A DNA stretch of 64,000 nt from Patescibacteria group bacterium (GTDB lineage: Bacteria; Patescibacteriota; Microgenomatia; JAMCZE01), in NCBI GenBank assembly GCA_023485845.1, contig JAMCZE010000010.1, positions 156,046 through 220,045 of the forward strand, in the 5' to 3' direction. Both the position numbers and the translations under genes were made by a program. The notes below the pieces were generated by a model, which had not been told where the DNA came from, ran no database searches, and saw nothing but the letters and a program-made list of their open reading frames with translations. Of the stretch, positions 46,540-56,987 are shown piece by piece (the first letter of the stretch is position 1; the number at the start of each line of letters is the position of its first letter).

Positions 46540-46678
46540 GCAAATTGTAAATTGAAAATTCGTGTGTATCCAGTGTGCCCAGATTTGCATAGATTTGTCA
46601 AGAGTGTACATAGATTTTTGTGAAAATAGAATCAAAAAGTAGAGCAAAGTATATCAAATTTGTGAAGGAACCGTGAAG

Positions 46679-49125
<2,447 letters not shown>

Positions 49126-49126
49126 G

Positions 49127-50650
49127 TTATTTCACTGGCTGCGGTGCCTCAATAGGCACAGCTGCTTTTTTTATCTGTGTCACATTTGAGGGTATCATGG
49201 TTTCTAGTTTGTCTTTGACACCATCCAAATCCACGATCAAACTATCGAGATTATCATTGCTGAATGATTCATCGCGAATTTTTTTCAGGGCAGGGTCAGT
49301 TCCGAAGGCAGTAACTATCTTATCAAGATTAGCCTTGACAAAAGTTCGGTCTTTGTCAGCCAAAAATTTGCTAAACGGCAAAGACAACAAGATAACTTGC
49401 ATCTCTTTAGTAAATGACTGTCCGGACTTTTGAATCAAGAGCTCCTCGATTAAACCTTTTTGGGATAGAATTCGCTTAGTTTCCAGGGGCAATTCTGAGC
49501 CAAAACGACTGACAATTTCCAATTGACCACCCCGGGCGAGAGTTTCTTTGACTCTCGTTGCTAAGGAATTTTGGAGGCGTTTTTGTGTTTGCGAGCCCAC
49601 CCGAGTGACAGACAAACTTAAATCCAGCGCCGGCTGTTGGCCCTTTTGTGCCAGAGCAGAACGAAACAGGAGATGGCCATCAGTCATACCCATCAAATTC
49701 GTCGGAATAAATGCCTGGAGATCAGACAAAGCCAATTCAATCACGGGTAAAGCAGTTATTGATCCTCCTCCGGCTTTTTCGTCAAAGCTACCTGCTCGTT
49801 CCAAGAGACGAGCCTGTTGGTAGAAAATATCACCAGGATAAGATTCCCGACCAGGAGGCCGGCCGGAAACCAGAGAAAGTTCCCGATAATTACGGGCATG
49901 AACTCCCATGTCGTCCAAGATTACTAACACATCCTTTCGTTTCCTTCGGAAGAAATCTGCCACAGTCAAGGCCGTCTGTGGCGTGAGAAAAACCATTGGC
50001 GCCGGATCAGTTGAGGTTGACATCACCACCACAGTGTGCGTCAATATTCCTCGGTTTTCCAGTTGGCGCCAAACGTCCCTTGCCTCCGCGATTGGCTTGC
50101 CAATGAGACAAAGTACACAGATAACCCCCTGATCTTTCTGGTTCGCAATGACATCAAGAAGAAAAGCTGTTTTCCCGGCTCGCGATTCGCCGATCACTAA
50201 TTCCCGCTGACCCTTGCCTAATGGGAACAGTGTGTCAATCACTATTATTCCTGTCTCAAACTGTTCTTCAATATATCGTCGCCCAACGATTCCTACAGCT
50301 GGCTGGTCTAAGGAGACCTTGTCTGTTGCCTCCATTTTTTGACCAATCGCCCCCTTTTCATCAAGGGGGATACCTAGGGGGCTGATAACCCGACCCAGGA
50401 GACCATCGCTTGGAATAACGCCCAAAAAATCACCACTGCGGCGAAACATTTGGCCTGGCTCGACATTATCATCGGAAAGCAGGTAAACCTCAATATAGTC
50501 GACAAATAGTCCAGCTATATAGCCTTGGGCCCCGTTTTCGCCAACCACCAATTCCCCAACTTTGGCACTGGGCAGCCCGGAAACGCTGGCAATTTTGCCT
50601 TTAACACTCTGGACAAACCCGACTTCTTCGATTTTGGACGAATTGTTCAT
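49127..50650 (-). CDS. atpA: F-type ATP synthase alpha subunit
   Basis: GESRAGKTAFLLD P-loop. 507 aa. Confidence 0.95.
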   Translation of the reverse strand: MNNSSKIEEVGFVQSVKGKIASVSGLPSAKVGELVVGENGAQGYIAGLFVDYIEVYLLSDDNVEPGQMFRRSGDFLGVIPSDGLLGRVISPLGIPLDEKGAIGQKMEATDKVSLDQPAVGIVGRRYIEEQFETGIIVIDTLFPLGKGQRELVIGESRAGKTAFLLDVIANQKDQGVICVLCLIGKPIAEARDVWRQLENRGILTHTVVVMSTSTDPAPMVFLTPQTALTVADFFRRKRKDVLVILDDMGVHARNYRELSLVSGRPPGRESYPGDIFYQQARLLERAGSFDEKAGGGSITALPVIELALSDLQAFIPTNLMGMTDGHLLFRSALAQKGQQPALDLSLSVTRVGSQTQKRLQNSLATRVKETLARGGQLEIVSRFGSELPLETKRILSQKGLIEELLIQKSGQSFTKEMQVILLSLPFSKFLADKDRTFVKANLDKIVTAFGTDPALKKIRDESFSNDNLDSLIVDLDGVKDKLETMIPSNVTQIKKAAVPIEAPQPVK

Positions 50651-50879
50651 AAATCCCCTTTAAAATATCTTCGTTTTCGGCAAATTTCGCTTTTAACGAA
50701 TAATCTTTATATAAACCATTAATGGATAAGGCCGCCCCACCGATTAATGACGGGTCGATTTTAATTTCCACCGGCTGGCCGGCTTTGTCGGCCAATTGGG
50801 CGACTTGGTCATCAGACAACGGCGCCGGAGTGCAAATGACTAGCTTATCAGATAAATTTGTCTTTTTTGGCATCGTCAA
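50601..50879 (-). CDS. atpH: F-type ATP synthase delta (OSCP) subunit, C-terminal domain only
   Basis: IDPSLIGGAALSINGLYKDYSLKAKF matches the delta C-terminal domain. The N-terminal helical domain is not in this ORF. Confidence 0.5.
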   Translation of the reverse strand: MTMPKKTNLSDKLVICTPAPLSDDQVAQLADKAGQPVEIKIDPSLIGGAALSINGLYKDYSLKAKFAENEDILKGIYEQFVQNRRSRVCPEC

Positions 50880-51417
50880 GCGCTTGGGAGATTAACTGTG
50901 TCTGGTCTTGCGAAGAAAGTTGCTTGCCGATTAATGTTTTGATCACCCGGTCCAACACTTCGACTACATCCTGGTCGGTGAGGGCCAGCATCTTCTGCCG
51001 GTAGGCTTGTGCTTCTAATTTCACCCGTATCGTCTCCTCCTGAGCTAACTTAAGAATCTGGTCTTCAACCGCCGTCATTTTTTCTTCCAGTCTTTTAGTG
51101 AAGCCTGTCATAGCATCGTCAACCACCGCGGCGCTATTTTTTTGCAACCCGGACAAAAACTTGCCATACTCCTGCTGGGCAGCGGCAATTACTCCCGCCA
51201 GATCCTTTTCCATCCGGGTGTCCACCTGATGCAGTTGATCCTCATATCCGGATGTGATTTTTGCCTCGTCCTCCCGGGTTTTATGGACTGTCCGGTGCCA
51301 GAGAGTTTCGTTGCGCCGGAGAAAATCCCGCTCCGTTTTCCAAAGATACACTGCCAGGGCAATCTGGCCTACGGCCAAGAGGGCAAATAACACTAAATAT
51401 ATATTAGGCAGGAACAT
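50848..51417 (-). CDS. atpF: F-type ATP synthase b subunit (single TM plus coiled coil)
   Basis: N-terminal TM helix followed by a long charged helix. Position in the operon. Confidence 0.6.
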   Translation of the reverse strand: MFLPNIYLVLFALLAVGQIALAVYLWKTERDFLRRNETLWHRTVHKTREDEAKITSGYEDQLHQVDTRMEKDLAGVIAAAQQEYGKFLSGLQKNSAAVVDDAMTGFTKRLEEKMTAVEDQILKLAQEETIRVKLEAQAYRQKMLALTDQDVVEVLDRVIKTLIGKQLSSQDQTQLISQALDDAKKDKFI

Positions 51418-51431
51418 AAAATTAGTGTAGA

Positions 51432-52196
51432 TTAAAATCTAAGAATTAGCAAGGCACCGGCAATGCCGATAATCCCCACTACGGCAATCATTCCCACGTT
51501 AAGCGCCATGGACAAATAAATCGTGTGCCGGGCCAAGGGATTGCGCCCGATCGCCTCGACCGCTTTGGGCAGCGACCGGGAAAAAGTGATAAAACCGAAG
51601 CCAAAGCTAATGAGCAAAACCACGGCCGCCAAGATATAGCGGACAATCATCCCGAACTGCTCCGGGTTCTTCACATTAGAGAAGAAAGATGCCCCAAGAT
51701 ACTCTAACAACCGATTGGCGTTACGCGCTGTTGTTAGTTCCGCATACTCAATCCGCAGTGCCACCGGAACTTGGCCATCCTTATCGGCGCTAGCCAAAGC
51801 AATACCCAAAACATAGCCCGATTGGGTGGCTTTCTGGGCCTTGCCGGGAGTTTGTGACGAGGTCAAATAGTCCCCGGCGGCAATTGCTCCGTTGGCCATC
51901 ACCACGTTAACAGTGGCCACTCCGGTGCGCGCCACTGGCCGAGCGCCAGCTTCCCCACTTTGCAGCACCACCACAGAGTTATCGGCTAAAACACCGAAAA
52001 TATTATTGTCATAAGGAATCGTCGCTCGTTTAAAGCCGTTTTGGGTGCTAACAATAATATCACCACTGGTTGCACCAGGATCGTTAATCGCAAATGTCCC
52101 AGCCGCATCAAGCCCCTCCGCGTGAACGGGAATTGGGCTAATTGGATTAATTAGGTAAATTAGACTAATTAGACAAATTTGAATTATTTTCATCAT
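51432..52196 (-). CDS. c-subunit-like 2-TM hairpin fused to a roughly 170-aa N-terminal secreted domain, in the atpE position
   Basis: The C-terminus GFGFITFSRSLPKAVEAIGRNPLARHTIYLSMALNVGMIAVVGII resembles c-subunit helix-loop-helix (GxGxG, SR...IARQPE, MIAV). No Asp/Glu in TM2. Signal peptide at the N-terminus. Confidence 0.4.
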   Translation of the reverse strand: MMKIIQICLISLIYLINPISPIPVHAEGLDAAGTFAINDPGATSGDIIVSTQNGFKRATIPYDNNIFGVLADNSVVVLQSGEAGARPVARTGVATVNVVMANGAIAAGDYLTSSQTPGKAQKATQSGYVLGIALASADKDGQVPVALRIEYAELTTARNANRLLEYLGASFFSNVKNPEQFGMIVRYILAAVVLLISFGFGFITFSRSLPKAVEAIGRNPLARHTIYLSMALNVGMIAVVGIIGIAGALLILRF

Positions 52197-52876
52197 TTCC
52201 AGAATACCAGCTTTTCTTGCAGAAGCAAAAGGGGAAAGATAATTGTTGCATTAATAATTCTTTTGACATGGTTTGGTCGATTATGTTCCCGTACTAGTCG
52301 CCAAACCCATTCCAGACCAAGTTTGGCCAACCACTCCGGCGGCAAGGGTTTTGTCCCGGAAATATAATCAAAAGCCCCACCGACACCCATACCCACACGA
52401 AATTTACAATTTACAACTTTCAATTTACAATCCCAAAGAAACTTTTCTTGTTTTGGGTGGCCAAGGGCAACGAAGAATAAATCGGGGTTTTGAGAAACGA
52501 TCTTTATCCCGGGGAAAAGTTGGCACAAGCGGTCGGCAGTTTTTTCCGCCACTCCCGCCGCTGCCCCATACAGTCCCACCGTCCAGTTTTTTTTGGCCGC
52601 CAGCCGGCAAAGGTCTAGCATTAACTCTCGACCCGGCAGTCGATGTTTTATCTTTCCAAAAAGTCGTAAGCCAATCCCCTCCGGTAAACTTAAATCCGTG
52701 TTGTCCAAAATCTCTTTAAACGCCAAATCTTTTTGGGCGGTGACCAAAAATTCCGGGCCGACTGTCACTATAAGTCTTTGTTTTTTAGACTTCCCTATAA
52801 GCCATGAAGAAATAATCCCAAGAACTTCATTTTTTGGGTAATCATCGATTTTTATGCCTAAGATTTTTTTTGTCAT
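52193..52876 (-). CDS. WecB/TagA/CpsF-family glycosyltransferase
   Basis: GHPKQEKF...VGGAFDY...LGLEWVWRL signature. Confidence 0.8.
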   Translation of the reverse strand: MTKKILGIKIDDYPKNEVLGIISSWLIGKSKKQRLIVTVGPEFLVTAQKDLAFKEILDNTDLSLPEGIGLRLFGKIKHRLPGRELMLDLCRLAAKKNWTVGLYGAAAGVAEKTADRLCQLFPGIKIVSQNPDLFFVALGHPKQEKFLWDCKLKVVNCKFRVGMGVGGAFDYISGTKPLPPEWLAKLGLEWVWRLVREHNRPNHVKRIINATIIFPLLLLQEKLVFWK

Positions 52877-53054
52877 CTGATCCGGTTTGATCCACTCCCG
52901 TTGGGATCTCCCCTGCTAAAAACTCTAAGATAGAAAATTGTCACTTTTTTAAAACTGCCAAACTGCCAAATCTGAACACTTTTTTTCGAGCCTAAAATCT
53001 GGTTTATGTGACTTAAGTAACTTAAGTTACTTAAGTCACTTATAGGTCGTCGCT

Positions 53055-54059
53055 TCAGCGACGACTTAGGCTCTTTTTATAAAATTCAATGTTCTCCATC
53101 GCTACCCCGCAGCCCTTGACGACACAAAAAAGTGGGTCATCGGCCACATGGACCGGAACACCAAGAGTATGGGTCATCAACTTATCTAAATTTCGCAGAT
53201 TAGCCGTCCCTCCACTAAGCACGATGCCCTTATCAATTATGTCTGAGGCTAATTCTGGGGGGGTTTCCTCTAGCACTCCCTTTACGGCACTGATAACGAG
53301 CGTCAAGGTCGCCGTTATCGCCTCCACGACCTCATTGGAAGTCAAATTAAGCATTCGGGGCAGCCCGGACGCGCCATCTCGACCGCGAACTTCCATTTGC
53401 CCGGTGGCTGGCAGGGCCGAGCCAATAGTCATTTTAATCTCTTCCGCAGTGCGTTCCCCCACCATGAGATTATATTTTTTCTTAAGATAAGTTTGGATTG
53501 CTTCGTCGATTTTGTTGCCCGCCACCCGGGCCGACCGATGAATCACCACTCCACCCAAAGAGATCACTGCCGCTTCGGTGCTGCCGCCGCCGATGTCCAC
53601 GATCATTGACCCATTGGGGTTGGCAATGGGAATTTTCGCCCCGATGGCCGCCGCCAGCGGTTCGTCAATTAAGTAAGCCGTCTTAGCCCCGGCAGAAACG
53701 GTGGCGTCCATCACCGCCCGGCGCTCCACCTGTGTCACACCGGCGGGAACGCAGATCATCACCTCCGGACGAAACAGGCGGGAATTGCCGCAGGTCCGAT
53801 CAATAAAATAAGCCAGCATTGCCTGGGTGACTTCGTAGTCGGCAATCACCCCGTCGCGCATCGGCCGCTTGGCCATGATGTTGCCGGGGGTCCGCCCGAG
53901 CATTTGTTTGGCTTCATTGCCCACCGCCACCACTTTACCGTCATCCACCGTCACCACCACCACGGTCGGTTCATTAAGCACCACCCCCTGGCCCACCAAA
54001 AAGACCAGGGAGTTTGCTGTCCCCAAATCAATGCCTAACCGCTTTCCAAAATTAAACAT
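53055..54059 (-). CDS. mreB: rod shape-determining protein MreB
   Basis: LGIDLGTANS, DIGGGSTE and LSGGTA actin-fold motifs. Confidence 0.95.
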   Translation of the reverse strand: MFNFGKRLGIDLGTANSLVFLVGQGVVLNEPTVVVVTVDDGKVVAVGNEAKQMLGRTPGNIMAKRPMRDGVIADYEVTQAMLAYFIDRTCGNSRLFRPEVMICVPAGVTQVERRAVMDATVSAGAKTAYLIDEPLAAAIGAKIPIANPNGSMIVDIGGGSTEAAVISLGGVVIHRSARVAGNKIDEAIQTYLKKKYNLMVGERTAEEIKMTIGSALPATGQMEVRGRDGASGLPRMLNLTSNEVVEAITATLTLVISAVKGVLEETPPELASDIIDKGIVLSGGTANLRNLDKLMTHTLGVPVHVADDPLFCVVKGCGVAMENIEFYKKSLSRR

Positions 54060-54195
54060 AATTCGCGAATTTGAAATTTGAAATTTTCAATTTGAACTAA
54101 AACTTAACAATTCTTCAAATTCTAATTTTCAAATTGAATATTCAATTCAAATTTTAAATTGTAAATTTCAAATTGTTTTGTGCTAGAATTGTGTC

Positions 54196-55368
54196 GTGTC
54201 TCGTTCTACCATTGCCATTATATCAGCCCTGGTGATCCTTGGTGGGGCAATTTTTGTGGCCATTGCCCTGGCCCGCGGCTTCCAATTTGACCTTTCGAAA
54301 AGATCTCTGTCACCCACCGGCATTCTGGTGGCCACTTCCGATCCCGACGGCGCCGAGGTTTTTATTAACAGCAAACTAGCCACTGCTACCAATAACACCA
54401 TTAATCTTGCCCCGGGCCGCTACAGCGTAAAAATTACCAAGGACGGTTTTGTCTCTTGGGAAAAAAACATTGAGATTAAGCCGGAGGAAGTCTACAAAAC
54501 TAATGTTTTTTTGTTTCCCTCCCTGCCGGATTTGCGGCCGCTGACTTTAACCGGCGCCCAGGATCCCAGTTTGTCCTCAGATGGCACCAAGATTGCCTAC
54601 GTGGTCGCCTCCGCGTCCGCTGCGGAACGCAATGGGGTGTGGATTGCCGACATGGGCCGGCTGATTCCCTCGCCGTTTGCTTCCAGCGCCGATCTGCGTC
54701 AAATCTACCGCGGCGACATTAGCACCGCCAGTTTTCTCTGGTCCCCCGACGGCACTCAACTGCTGGCGTCTGTCAGCGGGAAACTAAATATTCTTCTGGT
54801 GACCAGCCAAATTAATGACCAACCCACATTCCTGGCCACCCCCGGCGCCACCCTGGCTTTGTGGGCAAGCCAGGCGGCGGCAAAACTCGCCACCCAGGAA
54901 ACCAAGCTCGCCCCAACCGTGCTGGCCACCCTGGCGACCGCCAGCGCTGATCTCACTTTCTCCCCCGATGAAACTAAAATCCTCTACCAAGCCACTTCTT
55001 CCGCCTACTTACCTACTTACCTACTTACCTACTTACCGGGGACTAACCCGACCCCCCAAGTTCGCCATCTCACCGCCGGCAACACCTATGTTTATGACCT
55101 AAAAGAAGACCGAAATTATTTAATTAAAAACTGTTCTAATTGCACCTGGTTTCCGTCATCAAGGCATCTGTTGTCCCATACGGACAAGGTTATTTCGGCC
55201 ATGGAATATGACGGCACCAATGAGGCGATCCTCTATGCCGGACCATTTGTTCCTCCGCCGGCCGGCGGGGTTTTTGCCTGGCCCAATTGGAGCAAAATTG
55301 TCATCCTCACCTCCCTCAACGGCGCCGGGGGAATCGGAGAAAACTTGTACACGATTAATCTTAGATAA
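54196..55368 (+). CDS. PEGA-domain plus TolB-like beta-propeller protein, membrane anchored
   Basis: N-terminal TM. PEGA-like (PDGAEVFINSKLA) region. Repeated SPDG(T/E)K motifs of TolB-like blades. Confidence 0.6.
   Translation: MSRSTIAIISALVILGGAIFVAIALARGFQFDLSKRSLSPTGILVATSDPDGAEVFINSKLATATNNTINLAPGRYSVKITKDGFVSWEKNIEIKPEEVYKTNVFLFPSLPDLRPLTLTGAQDPSLSSDGTKIAYVVASASAAERNGVWIADMGRLIPSPFASSADLRQIYRGDISTASFLWSPDGTQLLASVSGKLNILLVTSQINDQPTFLATPGATLALWASQAAAKLATQETKLAPTVLATLATASADLTFSPDETKILYQATSSAYLPTYLLTYLPGTNPTPQVRHLTAGNTYVYDLKEDRNYLIKNCSNCTWFPSSRHLLSHTDKVISAMEYDGTNEAILYAGPFVPPPAGGVFAWPNWSKIVILTSLNGAGGIGENLYTINLR
55006..55037 (+). repeat. octanucleotide microsatellite (tacttacc) x4 inside the PEGA/TolB-like gene
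   Basis: Four exact tandem units. Encodes YLPTYLLTYLP. Confidence 0.85.
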
Positions 55369-55452
55369 TTTAAAAATCAAAATTTAAAAGTTAAAAGTTC
55401 GAGTTAAAATTATTAATTCTGACTTGCAATTTTGCCTTTTGATTTTTGAATT

Positions 55453-56118
55453 TTAACTTGTTTTTAACCGGGCAAACACCAGCAACCGTTCCAGCGTTGT
55501 TCCCGGTGGCCAACAGGTCTGGAGTGTCAGCATGGAGAAATTCGCCTGAGCGGTTAAATAGCCGGTGGCGTCCGGCGGGACAATCTTCTTGTCATAGACC
55601 ACGTAGATAAACCGCCGACCCTGGTAGAAAAGATCCACTTCATCGCCGGGGGCCAGCTCCCGCAGCAGATAGAACACCGCGTTCCAACGGTTGACTTCCC
55701 AGAAATTACCCACCGAATGGGCAAAAAGAAACACGTCACCGACCTGGCCAGGATTAACCGTTCCCCTGGCCTGGGCCACCCCTTGTTTTAAGGCCGCCAA
55801 ATACTCCGTTTCATTGCCCGGGTCAACATTGGGAATCACTTTCGCGTTAGCGTTAATCTTGGGAATAACCACGCCAAAATCGAGGTCCACTGGGGTGATT
55901 GGCAGAGTGTTGGGAGCCACGGCCAGGAGATTAGCTCGCTGCTGCGGTGTGTCCACCACCACAAACTGTTTGCCGGCCAGATTATCATAGCGATAAACCA
56001 CTTCCGCCTGGATCGCCGGAGAAAAGGTCAAAATGACCCCGGCAATCGCCGAAAGCAACAAAAAATTGCCAACAGTTCTCAAAACGAAAATTTTGATGAA
56101 ATCACTACCAATCGTCAT
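55453..56118 (-). CDS. sortase-family transpeptidase
   Basis: N-terminal TM. His in FAHS, the LTLQTC (TLxTC) active-site Cys motif, and a downstream Arg. Confidence 0.7.
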   Translation of the reverse strand: MTIGSDFIKIFVLRTVGNFLLLSAIAGVILTFSPAIQAEVVYRYDNLAGKQFVVVDTPQQRANLLAVAPNTLPITPVDLDFGVVIPKINANAKVIPNVDPGNETEYLAALKQGVAQARGTVNPGQVGDVFLFAHSVGNFWEVNRWNAVFYLLRELAPGDEVDLFYQGRRFIYVVYDKKIVPPDATGYLTAQANFSMLTLQTCWPPGTTLERLLVFARLKTS

Positions 56119-56155
56119 TGAAAATTGTAAATTGGAAATTGAAAATTCGCGTGTG

Positions 56156-56229
56156 TGCTCCCGGGCAGAGTCGAACTGCCAGTCTTTCCCTTAGGACGGG
56201 ACTGCTCGATCCAATTGAGCTACGGGAGC
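56156..56229 (-). tRNA. tRNA-Arg (anticodon CCT)
   Basis: Cloverleaf folded by hand. 7-bp acceptor stem GCTCCCG/CGGGAGC, T-loop TTCGACT, anticodon loop GTCCTAA. Confidence 0.75.
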
Positions 56230-56272
56230 TCACTCCTAATTATACTGCTTAATTATGTTAAAATGGGGTTCA

Positions 56273-56347
56273 CGGGGTGTAGGTCATCGGTAGACCGCTC
56301 GGTTCGGGTCCGAGAGGCAGTGGGTTCAATTCCCGCCACCCCGACCA
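56273..56347 (+). tRNA. tRNA-Pro (anticodon CGG), CCA encoded
   Basis: Acceptor stem CGGGGTG/CACCCCG, anticodon stem-loop CTCGG-TTCGGGT-CCGAG, T-loop TTCAATT, 3' ACCA. Confidence 0.8.
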
Positions 56348-56958
56348 GGCTTTTTCTCCCAATCAACCGAATAAAGGATCTCGTCCTGCGCCCGTTTATA
56401 ATCGAAAATTTCCTCCGGTTTAAACCAAATTTTGATCTCATGCTCAGCCTCTTCGACTGTTCCGGAAGCGTGAACCAAAGTACGCACTGACCGGCGATCC
56501 TCATCAGCCAAAAAGTAAGAATCAACCGTATAATCCGCGGTGATCGTTCCCACTTCGGCCTGCAACGGGTTGGTGTGTCCGCGCATCTTGCGCACTTGGG
56601 CCACCGCGTGAGCTCCCTCAATCACCATCACCAACACCGGACCGGCCGAGAGATAACTTTTCAGCCATGACTGAATTCTTTTGGCAATTTGCAGCGGGGT
56701 TTCCTTCATCTCAATCCCCCGCTCCCTAAATGAGGCGATTGTTCGCTCCCCCAAAAGCCGGGCGGCCGACTCCGGCTGGTCATAGTGAATGCCAGCTAGC
56801 TTCTCATCCGGCCAAACCATCTTCATCGCCACAATTTTCAGACCCTTGCGCTCAAACCGGGTGATAATTTCTCCCATGATCCCCCGCGCCACCACATCCG
56901 GTTTTAAAATCACCAGTGTTTGCTCAATGAATTTAGATTTCTTAGGCATATAAAACAA
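56326..56958 (-). CDS. ndk: nucleoside diphosphate kinase
   Basis: TLVILKPDVV, NPLQAEVGTI and VHASGTVEEA motifs. The ORF 3' end overlaps tRNA-Pro on the other strand, so the true stop may differ. Confidence 0.85.
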   Translation of the reverse strand: MFYMPKKSKFIEQTLVILKPDVVARGIMGEIITRFERKGLKIVAMKMVWPDEKLAGIHYDQPESAARLLGERTIASFRERGIEMKETPLQIAKRIQSWLKSYLSAGPVLVMVIEGAHAVAQVRKMRGHTNPLQAEVGTITADYTVDSYFLADEDRRSVRTLVHASGTVEEAEHEIKIWFKPEEIFDYKRAQDEILYSVDWEKKPGRGGGN

Positions 56959-56987
56959 AATGACGCGAACAAATTTTTAATTGAGCG

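Noticed and set aside
46082-46623. Plus-strand ORFs inside the large surface-protein gene and the plus-strand ORF 46673-46855 inside atpC
   Set aside because: They are antisense to genes with clear identity, and their translations are low-complexity.
54061-54195. AT-rich repetitive block between mreB and the PEGA gene considered as a CRISPR array
   Set aside because: The repeats are irregular 7-11-nt caaattt/gaaattt variants with no constant repeat-spacer periodicity. It is more consistent with a divergent promoter or UP-element region.
56155-56621. ORFs 56155-56490 (+) and 56253-56621 (-) overlapping the two tRNA genes
   Set aside because: They cover well-folded tRNA cloverleaves and the ndk 3' region and have no protein features. 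They are spurious.
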